A DNA stretch of 64,000 bases, taken from the NCBI GenBank assembly GCA_020184695.1, contig JAANOX010000277.1, positions 65,879-129,878 of the forward strand, read 5' to 3'. Position numbers and translations under genes: made by a program. The notes beneath the pieces were generated by a model. That model was not told the DNA's origin. It did not search any database and saw nothing but the letters and a program-made list of their open reading frames with translations. Each line of letters begins with the position of its first letter. Position 1 is the stretch's first letter. Shown piece by piece: positions 30,185 to 41,100 of the stretch. Source of the DNA: Histomonas meleagridis 2922-C6/04-290x. Lineage: Eukaryota > Protista > Parabasalia.

Positions 30185-33100
30185 TTATTTCTGATAAAGT
30201 CCCAACGTTTCCACAAACAAATCCCTATATTGCGTTGGACCGAACGATATTCCATTTTTCAATTTCTTATCATCGAATTCTAATTCTGTTCGATATCCAT
30301 GTTGAGCTCTTATTTCTATAGCGTTATTTCTGTTTTCCAAAATTTTCACATTCACAGCAGACATTGGCGCTCTTATGAATATTTTTACTTTATTTTTTAT
30401 CACAAGTGTCTTTTGTTCGAACAAAACGCAAATGTTTTCACCGGTGATAAACTTCGCATCGAAATTTGCCTTTTGCGATCTAAACAAAGAAGAAGCCAAA
30501 CGAATAATTTCCGGATTTTTATTTGTTATCAAAACAGGTTCAGTCACGAATTCATTTGAGAAACAATTTTCATTTAAAACATTCGAAAAAACTTCAACTT
30601 TAATAATGGAACGTAACATAACATTTGTATCTAATAAATTTGGAATATAAATTTCGTTGTTAGAAATTGTTTTCCATTCGTTATTTATAAATCGTTGCCA
30701 AGTTATATATTTATTAATAATTTTCGGACCATTATAATTAAAATTAATTTTAAGTTGTTCTCCTTGAGTAAATATTTTATTATTTTTATTGTTTTCGATT
30801 ACAGCATTATTAAGATTTGGCATTATAATACTTTTAGTTTCTTTAGGAGTAATTTGAGGAAATTGTTCATCAACAATTTCATCATTTTCATCTAAAGCAA
30901 TTACATGACAAAACAAAACGAAATCTAAATCATCATCAGTTATCATATGAATGTTTGTAGTGTCTTCGATATATTGTCTTTCATTATCGACAATGTAACC
31001 CCAATTATATTCGATGTTACCAATTCCTTCGAATTTAACATTACAAATGAAATTAGTTAAATCATTCGAAGGAACAATTTTAGTGTTTATTATATGAATT
31101 ATTTTTTCTTTCTCTTTTGTAGGTATTAATATATAATCTGATGATGATTCTTTGCCTCGATGTTTATTCTCAGTATTAAATGGTATATAAGTTACTCCAA
31201 TTAAATATCCTTCAAATGTTTCATCAACTTCAACATATTTTTGAGTTGTTCGTGCAACTTCTATTTCTTCTTCTTCATTTGGCTTCTTAATTTTCCATAT
31301 AATAATAGATTTGCCTTCAATGCCACCACTAAATTCTCCGGTAACATCGATTCGATATTTATCACTATTTGGGATTTCTTTAATGTGTAATTTTACATTT
31401 CTTATTGTCGGAGGTCCACTTTTTATTGGTGGAAGTTTACATTCAGTGATAACATTACTTCGAAGTCGATCTATGATTTGGACATTAAATATTTTTCCGA
31501 TATCATTAACATTTGGTATATATTCATATCCTTCGTTAAATGTCTTGTTTTTATGTTTCCATACGATTTTATTTCTTTTGTTTATCGTCGTGGAAACTTC
31601 AATAATTGATAAATTTGTTGTTATATTTTTTAATTTGGATTTTTCAATGACTTTAATTGGTATATCTTCAATTGCTTCTTTCGGTGGAGTAAGTTTGAGC
31701 TTAATTTTGTCCTCGTTTTGTATCATTGTGGGCTCAATCATGAAGTTTTCTGATGAAATCGATTTCCCGATTTTACCATCAATAGAAATAGGTGTAACAA
31801 TTGCTTTAAACATACAGCCTCGATCTGTGATATTAATACGAATAGATTTACCAAACCCTATGACTGTTTCCTTTTGGTAATTGTCGATTTTGTTCCATTG
31901 GATAATGGATCTCCCTTCAATTCCTCCATTGTATTGATATGAGACTGTCAAAAAACAACTAACTTGATCAAATGTTATTGATACTTTGGAAGCTATGGGT
32001 GTAGATGCAATAACTTCACCAACAATTACAAAAAAATCATTACTAAATAATGTGATAATTCCAGATATATATTCGGGCTTTGCATAAAAAACTTTAGATG
32101 TCCCAGCAACATGTAATCCATTGGAATTAACAACAACCCAATCATAAGGTTCGGAGATGATAATGGATTCATTTTCTTTGATTTGAAATAATTTGTTGGA
32201 TGGCTTTTTTTCAACAAAAGACATTTGAAGTTTCCCACTTTTGGTTTTCTTGTGAAACTTTAAAAAGCGTTCTTGAAGTGGATTTCCATCTTGAATGGTA
32301 TTTGATGAAGTAACTTCAATTTGTTTTCCAATCGAACCATCTTCTCTGATTGGAGTTAACACACAACTAATGGTTTTACCTATATCATCATTTGTTGGTA
32401 CTATATAACGTTGGTGTAAGGATTTCCCAATCGACCATTTATAAATTGAATTTCCTTCGTTTCCGCCTTTGTAATTAGCAACAACAAATAATGGCATTCC
32501 TACTTGGAATGAACCATAAATTTTGGCATCACTAAAGCTTGGTAATGATGGTTGTACTCGTTCATTTGATGTAAGCATTAATGGAGTATTATTATCTTCA
32601 GTAATACATACTGCACGAATTACACAGCCAATATCTTGAATGGTTAATTTGTATGTAAGCTTTTCATTGTTAGTGCCATTGCTTTCAATAAAGTTTACAT
32701 TTTCCCATTCCCCATGTCTTGCAGATCGAAGAATTTTAATCCCTTTAAATGCATTTTTGGTTCCTTTGGTTGTTATATCAAACTCTACTTCATCGCCTTC
32801 AATAAGTTGTCCTTGAAGTCGAAGTGATTTAAATCGAAATTCACCAGATTTAATTGGAGGAGTCTTAAGTATGGTTGGTGATATAGAATTATCATAATTA
32901 ATAGTACAGCAAATGCGTTTCCCTACATATTTGTCAATAATAGGAAATATTAAAGTATCATTATTTGGTATATCTTCTTCATAATCAGTAACAGACCAAT
33001 TTATAGTGGAAGCTAAAGATGTTGAAACAGAAAGAACACAGCCTTCCATAGGTTCTCCTGTTAATTCTGCATATGGATGATAACATTTATCAAATTCTGG

Positions 33101-33802
33101 AAGATAATAAACTTTAGTTCTGTCAACTTCACATTTGATTGGAAAGTTCATAGAATTTGTAATTTTGTTTTTGGAAGATTGTTCAAGTAATTTCCATTTA
33201 AAATTTGAATCTAATGTATACCATAAATATCGACTGCCTTTGATTTTTATTTTCACACTTTCATCATCTGTTTCAAATGGAAGTTCGTCTGGTTGATTTA
33301 AAAATGTTAAAGTTTGCTTTAATTGTTGTTCTGGGTCATCATTTAAAATAGGATCCATACCTTGTCTGAGTGCATATGTAACTAAAGCCGAATATTTAAA
33401 TGATTCTGCATAATCATCAGAAGAAATTGATTCTCCATTAATATATGAAATCCCCAAATTTCTAAAAGCAACAAGAATTTCTTTTTTGGTAAAGTTATAT
33501 TCTCCTCCACGTAAATCTATTAGTTTTAAGTTTGGAAAACTATTTAATCCATCAAACGATGATATTTGATTTTTTGGAAGTTTTAAATAACGAAGATAAT
33601 TATTTGATTTAATTCCTGAAAACGACGTGACTCCTTCACTTTCGATTGAATATTCTGCCTTTTGTGTTGCAATTTGAGACTTTCTTTTCGTCATTAGTTT
33701 CGCTTCCAGAAAATTTAAACGGCCGAAAATAAACGAATTATTATTCAATGAATAAAATTGCTTCTTCCTTAATATTTTGGAAAATTTCATATTTTCCCCC
33801 AT
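30185..33802 (-). CDS. AIR9: AIR9-like microtubule-associated protein (LRR plus A9 Ig-like repeats)
   Basis: N-terminal LRR (LRYLKLPKNQISSFDGL) and repeated YxGGxEGxSxxxW and DIGxxIxxxxTP motifs. The true start may be the internal MTKRKS. Confidence 0.8.
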   Translation of the reverse strand: MGENMKFSKILRKKQFYSLNNNSFIFGRLNFLEAKLMTKRKSQIATQKAEYSIESEGVTSFSGIKSNNYLRYLKLPKNQISSFDGLNSFPNLKLIDLRGGEYNFTKKEILVAFRNLGISYINGESISSDDYAESFKYSALVTYALRQGMDPILNDDPEQQLKQTLTFLNQPDELPFETDDESVKIKIKGSRYLWYTLDSNFKWKLLEQSSKNKITNSMNFPIKCEVDRTKVYYLPEFDKCYHPYAELTGEPMEGCVLSVSTSLASTINWSVTDYEEDIPNNDTLIFPIIDKYVGKRICCTINYDNSISPTILKTPPIKSGEFRFKSLRLQGQLIEGDEVEFDITTKGTKNAFKGIKILRSARHGEWENVNFIESNGTNNEKLTYKLTIQDIGCVIRAVCITEDNNTPLMLTSNERVQPSLPSFSDAKIYGSFQVGMPLFVVANYKGGNEGNSIYKWSIGKSLHQRYIVPTNDDIGKTISCVLTPIREDGSIGKQIEVTSSNTIQDGNPLQERFLKFHKKTKSGKLQMSFVEKKPSNKLFQIKENESIIISEPYDWVVVNSNGLHVAGTSKVFYAKPEYISGIITLFSNDFFVIVGEVIASTPIASKVSITFDQVSCFLTVSYQYNGGIEGRSIIQWNKIDNYQKETVIGFGKSIRINITDRGCMFKAIVTPISIDGKIGKSISSENFMIEPTMIQNEDKIKLKLTPPKEAIEDIPIKVIEKSKLKNITTNLSIIEVSTTINKRNKIVWKHKNKTFNEGYEYIPNVNDIGKIFNVQIIDRLRSNVITECKLPPIKSGPPTIRNVKLHIKEIPNSDKYRIDVTGEFSGGIEGKSIIIWKIKKPNEEEEIEVARTTQKYVEVDETFEGYLIGVTYIPFNTENKHRGKESSSDYILIPTKEKEKIIHIINTKIVPSNDLTNFICNVKFEGIGNIEYNWGYIVDNERQYIEDTTNIHMITDDDLDFVLFCHVIALDENDEIVDEQFPQITPKETKSIIMPNLNNAVIENNKNNKIFTQGEQLKINFNYNGPKIINKYITWQRFINNEWKTISNNEIYIPNLLDTNVMLRSIIKVEVFSNVLNENCFSNEFVTEPVLITNKNPEIIRLASSLFRSQKANFDAKFITGENICVLFEQKTLVIKNKVKIFIRAPMSAVNVKILENRNNAIEIRAQHGYRTELEFDDKKLKNGISFGPTQYRDLFVETLGLYQK

Positions 33803-34064
33803 TCTTTAAAAATTTGGTGAATATATTTATGACTAACTATACAACAAAAGGTTACAATTAGATTATATTATAACCTGATTATCTCTCTCTAATAACACAT
33901 CGAAACACAAAGTGCATCTATTTAACTTCAAAATGTGTTCTTTTGCATGTTAATATTACTTTGAAACAAAAAAAAAATTGATAATCCGATGTTTATCAAA
34001 TTCTTTAATTTAGTAGGTAAAACAAAGTTTCTCATTGTTTTTACAAAAGAGTTATATATCTATT

Positions 34065-35705
34065 TCATTCCTCTCGTTGTTTTAGTTCTTCGTAACACTT
34101 ATTGCAAACCTTTCGTCTTCTATTCTCCTTAGAAAACCACAGATTTATTTTATATTTAGAGCAATTCCCACATATGCACTTACCGCAATTTCTGCAGTGA
34201 TTTCTCCTTTTTATTATTGTGAACACTGCACCACATAACATACAATTCGGCGCAAGTTCATCCGGTACCCACACAGGTGAGAACCCATCAGTTTTTGTTT
34301 TTTCTTCTTTAAATCCTTTGCACATTGCTTTTGATTTATCATACGCCATTAAACATTTGTCTTTTTCTTCAGCATCTTGGAAAAGAATTTTGAAACTATT
34401 TTCTATTGTTATTATATCAATTGCATTTATTATAGGTTCTTCATCTTTAACATCTTTTAGCAAATAAAAACCAAATTCATAAAACTGATTTTTTCTTCCA
34501 TTTACAATATTAAGTCCATCACTTAATATTTCGATTGTATTATATTGACGTGACTTATTATAGTATATTTGGACTTTAGATGTATAAAGTAATTTTCTAT
34601 CAACTTCGCAATTGTTGACATTTTCGATATTAATTTCGTTATTTTTTATATTCTTTTTAATATTTTCATTGATTTCTTCATCATCGCTAAGAATTGGTTT
34701 CCCATACATCTTCATATGTTCTTTGGTTAATAAATCACATTTATTTGTTTGGATACGTCGAACCATAGTTATATAATAATTAACTGAATTGTTTTGGATA
34801 TATATTTTGTTAAAGAGTTTACATTTTATATTTTCGGGATCATGATTTGCATATTTTTCAGCTTTAACTATTTTCGAAAATATAAACATTTTACCACTAT
34901 CTTGATCTTCATAACGTTTGTCTTGAATATAAATTATTTTCCCTGGAATCAAATAATTTTCAGGTAATCGAAAGTCTTTAGGAAGTTTAAAATCGGTGCC
35001 ATTGATTTTATGAAATAAAAACTTACCAAAGATAATAGTGTAATTTGCTATGCGTACTGTATATGTTAAACCTTTGGATGCAATGATATCATCTACATTT
35101 AAAATAGTCAATATAAAGTCTCCATGTTTGTATACAATTTCATTAAGTGGACTAATTACACATGGCGGCGTTCCAAAGGTAAATGCTTTTACATGTTGAT
35201 AAAGCTTTTCATCGGGAAAACGAAGAGTTATTGCTGAAAGGGCAGCAATAGCTCCACCGACGCCATGTCCAATAAAAATAAGTTCTTCGCAATTGGTAAC
35301 TTTATTGCCAAGTAACCCTCGAATTTGTCCTACAATTGTTGTGGATGCCTTATCAAAACCTGAATGCACAAAGCAATTAAAAATATTGCTTTTCTCACAT
35401 GAAGCATCATTCATCGCCATTATTACATCATTTTTAAAACCAGATAAACTCCATTCTAATCCTTGTATCCAAATAAAAATTGATTTTAATGTTCCATCAC
35501 TTGATTTATATATAATGTACCTATATTTTTGCGTTTTCTCATCATATTCTTTAGATACTTTAAAATGAAGAACTTTGTTATCCATTGTTTTAAATTCAAA
35601 ATTTTTTACTTTGTTTTTGTCTGTACAACTAGATATTTTTTCATAAAAGCGCATGAGCTCAAAAGTATTTAATGTTTTTGATATGTTTGGGATCTCTTTC
35701 CTCAT
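34065..35705 (-). CDS. Class-3 lipase-like domain (nucleophile Ser replaced by Gly) plus C-terminal FYVE zinc finger
   Basis: VHSGF, IFIGHGVGGAIA, FTFGTPP, NVDDII; WVPD...CMLC...KRRNHCRNCGKCIC..C...VCNKC. Likely ATG at 35705. Confidence 0.85.
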   Translation of the reverse strand: MRKEIPNISKTLNTFELMRFYEKISSCTDKNKVKNFEFKTMDNKVLHFKVSKEYDEKTQKYRYIIYKSSDGTLKSIFIWIQGLEWSLSGFKNDVIMAMNDASCEKSNIFNCFVHSGFDKASTTIVGQIRGLLGNKVTNCEELIFIGHGVGGAIAALSAITLRFPDEKLYQHVKAFTFGTPPCVISPLNEIVYKHGDFILTILNVDDIIASKGLTYTVRIANYTIIFGKFLFHKINGTDFKLPKDFRLPENYLIPGKIIYIQDKRYEDQDSGKMFIFSKIVKAEKYANHDPENIKCKLFNKIYIQNNSVNYYITMVRRIQTNKCDLLTKEHMKMYGKPILSDDEEINENIKKNIKNNEINIENVNNCEVDRKLLYTSKVQIYYNKSRQYNTIEILSDGLNIVNGRKNQFYEFGFYLLKDVKDEEPIINAIDIITIENSFKILFQDAEEKDKCLMAYDKSKAMCKGFKEEKTKTDGFSPVWVPDELAPNCMLCGAVFTIIKRRNHCRNCGKCICGNCSKYKINLWFSKENRRRKVCNKCYEELKQREE

Positions 35706-36032
35706 GCAGTATGAAATATGGCATTTTTTTAGGTTAACCCTCTGAAAGTTAAAAATAATGCATTGAAAAATTGTGTGATTGATATTGAATTTTTGTGTAA
35801 AATATATATATTGAAGGCAATTTTGGAATAAGTAGGTAAATGGTACTACGAACCGCATCCCCCAAAACACCCATATATTGGAAATTCAATTAAGTGATGA
35901 TTTGGAAAATATATTTTAAATAACATAATGTTTTGCCCATTAAAAATTATATTAACAAAAACAAAATTATATTTAAAAAAAAAACTCTATAATATTTAAT
36001 AAAACTTAATTATTTCCGATTTTTGTATCACA

Positions 36033-37241
36033 TTAAATTCCGAAATAGTAATAAAACGCTCTTGCTCCATCTTCATAACTTTCCGAATCCAAAATCCTTG
36101 TATTTGCCATGTAGTTCCAATCCACTGTATCATAAATCATCGAGAATATGCTCATTTGCGATGAAGTAAATCTAAATACATAATCAACATCCAATGATAA
36201 ATAATACGCATTTGTCATAGCTCTTGTAGCAGCTATTGTAGAGAAACTTGATCGAAATGTACCAATCAATTTATCGCACATCATTAAACATGCTATATCA
36301 CGTAAGGCATCAACACGTTTTCCATTTTGTACTTTTTTCGCAGTTGAAACAAATAAACGATCTGAATATTTTTCTTGGAAATAATTTATGTAATCGTTAT
36401 TATTCGATGCGAAGAATATATAGGGCTTTTCTTCAATGATATAATGATCTAAAAATGGTACTAAGACACGTTTTAGAAATTCGATGTTATTGATGAAACA
36501 TCGATTTTTGCCAAATTTTCGAACATGAATTCCTAAAACTTTTGAACTTTTAGGTATCGCTTTGAATTGCTTTTGAGCATACTCAATGATGGACTCATTA
36601 AAATATGCAAAATAATTGGATAAAAAATATACAAAATGAAGACCAAAATGTGTACGAACATATTCATTAATGCCATAGTCCGTGAGAAGAAAATATGGAT
36701 ATGTTGACGTGACTTTAATTGGAATTTTTAATTCTAATAATTTTTGATAACTAATATTTACCCAATGTTCCAATGTAAAAAGGTTTTTAGATTTGCGCTT
36801 ATAATTTTTCGGTATTGGTTGAACTTTAAAATATTTAGAAAATAATAATCCGTCATTAGTAAAATTAACTCGGCTAAATATGGAACGATTAAGAGCAAGA
36901 GCCATGACAGCCCCACTGGCTTGATGATAAAAAGCATTTCCCATACCATATTGCATAAAAACATCAACAATTTTATTATCCACAAATTGAATATCTTTTA
37001 CTTCTTTTTCCCAGTTGATGACTGTATTATATGCATGAATTAATAGTGAGCAACTAATTTCGCTTTTTGGTGATTTACATTTATGATATCCCCTTTTCCA
37101 TGTTGGTAAATGGAAAAACTTTTCTGCTTGAAATATTAATGTATTACATTCTTTATAAAAAAGGCTTGGTTCTGGAACATGAAAGGAAGATAAGAAAGAA
37201 AAGAAAACCATAATTTTAATCAAAAGAAAACAAAGCAACAA
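36033..37241 (-). CDS. Putative type II membrane glycosyltransferase (fucosyltransferase-like GT-B)
   Basis: N-terminal hydrophobic anchor; YGMGNAF, LGIHVRK, FFASNN, DIACLMMCDKLIGTFRSSFS. Confidence 0.65.
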   Translation of the reverse strand: MLLCFLLIKIMVFFSFLSSFHVPEPSLFYKECNTLIFQAEKFFHLPTWKRGYHKCKSPKSEISCSLLIHAYNTVINWEKEVKDIQFVDNKIVDVFMQYGMGNAFYHQASGAVMALALNRSIFSRVNFTNDGLLFSKYFKVQPIPKNYKRKSKNLFTLEHWVNISYQKLLELKIPIKVTSTYPYFLLTDYGINEYVRTHFGLHFVYFLSNYFAYFNESIIEYAQKQFKAIPKSSKVLGIHVRKFGKNRCFINNIEFLKRVLVPFLDHYIIEEKPYIFFASNNNDYINYFQEKYSDRLFVSTAKKVQNGKRVDALRDIACLMMCDKLIGTFRSSFSTIAATRAMTNAYYLSLDVDYVFRFTSSQMSIFSMIYDTVDWNYMANTRILDSESYEDGARAFYYYFGI

Positions 37242-37786
37242 AAGTGAAGTGATTAACGTCTTCGAATCTTCGTGTTGAGATATTAAATGAAATGAATATA
37301 AGCAAAAATCATAATATTAAGTTAATAAAGTCTTATATTTTAAATTATTACTCATGAAACATATCATGTTAAGGAAGTAAAATAGCATCTTGAAAATGAT
37401 TCATTTTGAGAAATCAAAAATTTTAAGTAATTCTTTTTTCGAGCTAATTCTTAAGAACTTTGCAAAATATCGTCTTTGTATCAAACCATATTATATCTGT
37501 TAAGACATATAGTTTAAAATTATCTTTTACATTTTTTTTAGAATCACTTATAATTTCATCTTTTTTCAGGCCAGATGTGAACATAATTTATATAAATTTA
37601 AATCTAAATGGAAATAGGGATTTCACTTGAAGTTACTCTAAATTTGAAACTTGCTCCCTTCTTTGGGGCAGGTCAAAAATTGTAGATACGATAGGAACTT
37701 TGATAAAAAATTATTTTACAACCAAACAATTTTGTTATTAAAAAAATGCCTCATTGAAGAAGCAAAAATTGCCATCATTTATTTTC

Positions 37787-38041
37787 ATGTCTCTTCTCAA
37801 CAAGAAAGTTTACGTTAATGGAAAAGTTGTTCTTTATCGAGACAGTGCAGGAAGTGGTCCAGGAAAGACTGTTGGTCCTGGCGTTTTTACTGTTAATCAT
37901 ATTAACAATGGAAGCGTAGCTCCAGTTCACATTTGTAATGAAAATGGTGATCTTGGTTGGATTAAAGTTAAGTCTACCTCTTTGACTATGACTTCAAATC
38001 CACCTTTACCTGTCCTTCAACCAGTTGAAGCATGCATCTGA
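37787..38041 (+). CDS. Small protein resembling a bacterial endolysin SH3-like domain
   Basis: VYVNGKVVLYRDSAGSGPGKTV...VNHINNGSVAPVHI...LGWI, a pattern typical of Firmicute/phage lysin accessory domains (by eye). ATG at 37787 follows an Inr-like TCATTT. Confidence 0.55.
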   Translation: MSLLNKKVYVNGKVVLYRDSAGSGPGKTVGPGVFTVNHINNGSVAPVHICNENGDLGWIKVKSTSLTMTSNPPLPVLQPVEACI

Positions 38042-38192
38042 ATCACAAACATAAAATAAGTAAATTCTTCCAGACTAATTATAAATTTTGTTAGACACAA
38101 AAATAAATGATATTAATAAAGGTATCATGTTAAATTTCGTATTATTTGAGTCAGTATTTTTTGTCAGTTTTTGGAAAAAATGACATTTCAGC

Positions 38193-41100
38193 ATGAATCC
38201 AGAAGAAGATTTTGGTACATGGTCTGCAATATTTATTTCGTCTCTTGAGATTGGTGGTGAATATTCTAAACTCTTACCTGCTTGCAGACGTCTCATGGTT
38301 GATGTACTTGAAAATTCCCATTTAAAAGGAGATTTGGAACAAGAAACGGATAACTTTGTAACTAACACAATACCTTTTACTATTCAAAAATTTCTTGGGT
38401 TTGGTTACGTGTACCCAGATAATTTAAAAGAAATTCTTAATTTTTTATTAATTGCTTCCAAATTCATACCATGGGCAAACCTAAATGAAAACTATCAACT
38501 ATCCAATGCATATCTTATAATTTTCAACAAAGAGGCCACATTTTATCAAAAAAATTCGACATATCCAAGTAATGTGTATTACAAATTAGTTAGAAAAATC
38601 GTCGAAAGTGATACCTTTGGTCCAGTTGTTGAACGTTGCCAAGACGAGGAAAAACGCAAACTTGAAAATTTTGAATTACTATTTTCGATTTATGCCACCA
38701 TCAAAGAAAACCTCACCTTTTCAGAGTCCGTCGACATGAGTCAGGTCAGTGAAGTTGCTCCACGATTTCTATCATATTTACGAAATGTCGGAGATAAAGT
38801 TCGAGAATTTGATATCACCATTTTGACCAAAACATTCAATGCTTTTATGAGTTTAATCGTAGCGTCACCTACTAAAGTTGAATCCTCGTTACTTTCTGAG
38901 TTAATGTCATATTCGGAATTTCTATTAACGACATCAGTTTTAAATCTTCAGTTAATTGGTGGCCAAATCCTATCCAAAATCTATGATAAAAAGTTTTATT
39001 TTGGCACTGCATTTAATAAATGGGCCAAAGAAACTAAAGTTGCCGAAAAAATTGTTGAACAATATTTACATCCGAAACTTTTAGAATATTTAAAGCCATT
39101 TCTTCATAAGATATTACGACCAGAACATTTAGAATTATTTTGGGATCGAGCACAAACAGCGCATTCATCTGAAAAGAATTCTTTATTAAGTATTGTAGCA
39201 AAAATGTTAGGGAAATCTGATAAGAAAACGACGTTAGCTTTTATAAATAGAGTCACAAGTAATGAAGTTATAGCGCCAGAAATGTTAATGTTCATTGCGA
39301 ATATTATCGAATCAATTGCTAAGAAAGAATTCCAACCAGATTTATCATTTGAAATCTCGAAATGTTTAATAGAAGTTGGTAAAACACAACAAAACAATGA
39401 AGGATTAATGCCTGCGATTATAGCTACTGCAAAAATCACACAAAGTGGATTAAACAAAAAGATCATTGATTATTGTGCGCAGAAATTTGATGATGAAGAA
39501 AATCAAGCATATTATTGTGATATCATATATTGTATGATTAAGGATTCATATTTTGAAAACGGATCGAATTTAATTGAAATATTAATTGAGAAAATGCCGA
39601 AGAATGGAAACACAAATAATTTAAATAATTTTTATCGACTTTTATCATTAATATATGAAAAGAAATATGATCCAATATCAACTTCAATATTTTTAAAGTT
39701 AGCAACATCCGGTGTTAATGATTATTTATGGAATTTCTTAAAGATAAGGTTAGAAGAAAAAGGAATTAAAGCATTTGATAAAGAAACAGATGAAGAAATA
39801 TTTAAAGTAGCCTCGAAAATCGATTTTGAAAAAGCAACAAGTACATTTATTGAATTTTTAAAGATTTTTATATTAGTTTCTAATTATCGAGAAGAAAAAG
39901 TTGAAAATATTTATAAATATTATAATACTGCTTATGTATATTCGACATTACCAAAAGAATTTGTTATTGTTTCATTACCATTAAATTATTCTAATTTATT
40001 ATTCCAAGTATTATCATATGTTAAATCACCATTAATAGCATCAGAAGCTGAAGAAGTTATATTATTTTTATTTTCGAAATTAAATGAAAACTTAACAACT
40101 AAACGAAATGATATTTTAATAAATTATTTCCATGTTACATTAAATATTAATAATTTAGCAATATTACGTTCATTACGTTTATTACAAATGATGATTGATA
40201 AAGAATCGCAGTTTGTTGATTTAGAAGATTTAGGTTATGAAGCACATAAATCAAAGAATTCAGACAATGATTTATATGTACAAGTAAAAATTATATATAA
40301 ACAAAATGAATATATGATGAAAGCTAATTTAGGATTAACATCCACTGAATTTAAAAAGAAAGTTGGGATGAAACTTGATATAGATCCTGAATCAATATAT
40401 CTTTATCATGATAATCATTATATATTACAATATAAAACTCAACATTTAAGTGATTATGTTGAAAAACTTAATGAAGTATTTGAAATTAAAGTTTCCACAA
40501 TGGTTACATACGAAACTAAAGAATCAAAGAAAAACAAAAGCGAATATTTAATTGTTCGATTAATTAATACTGATTTCTCAACGATATTATTAAAATTACT
40601 TGAAGAAAACAATGATTATTATTTTTGTAATCAAATGTATCAATTATTAAATCGATTACCGAATAATAATGAAGTTAAGTTATCATTAACGAATCCAGAA
40701 ACAATAACAAATAATTTTAAAGAAACAAAATCATCATTTGTCTTTGTATATAAATTACAAATATTAATATCTGATAATATTACAATACCTAATGAAATGT
40801 ATGAATTATTAATGCAATATTTATTATCTAAGAATCCACCATTTAAAGGTATTACACGAATATTAAATTTAATTATGCGTAATATTAATAATATAATATT
40901 AAATGATTATATTAATGAATTAATACCATATTTATTAAATCTATTATTAAATAAATTAATACGTAAATCGACAATTAAATCATCTTGTGAATTATTAAAT
41001 TATATTGTACAAATTGATCCAGAAACAGTTACAAATATTACACAAAAACATATGGATTTAATTGAAAGAATTATGGAATTAATTGATAATAAAGATAATG

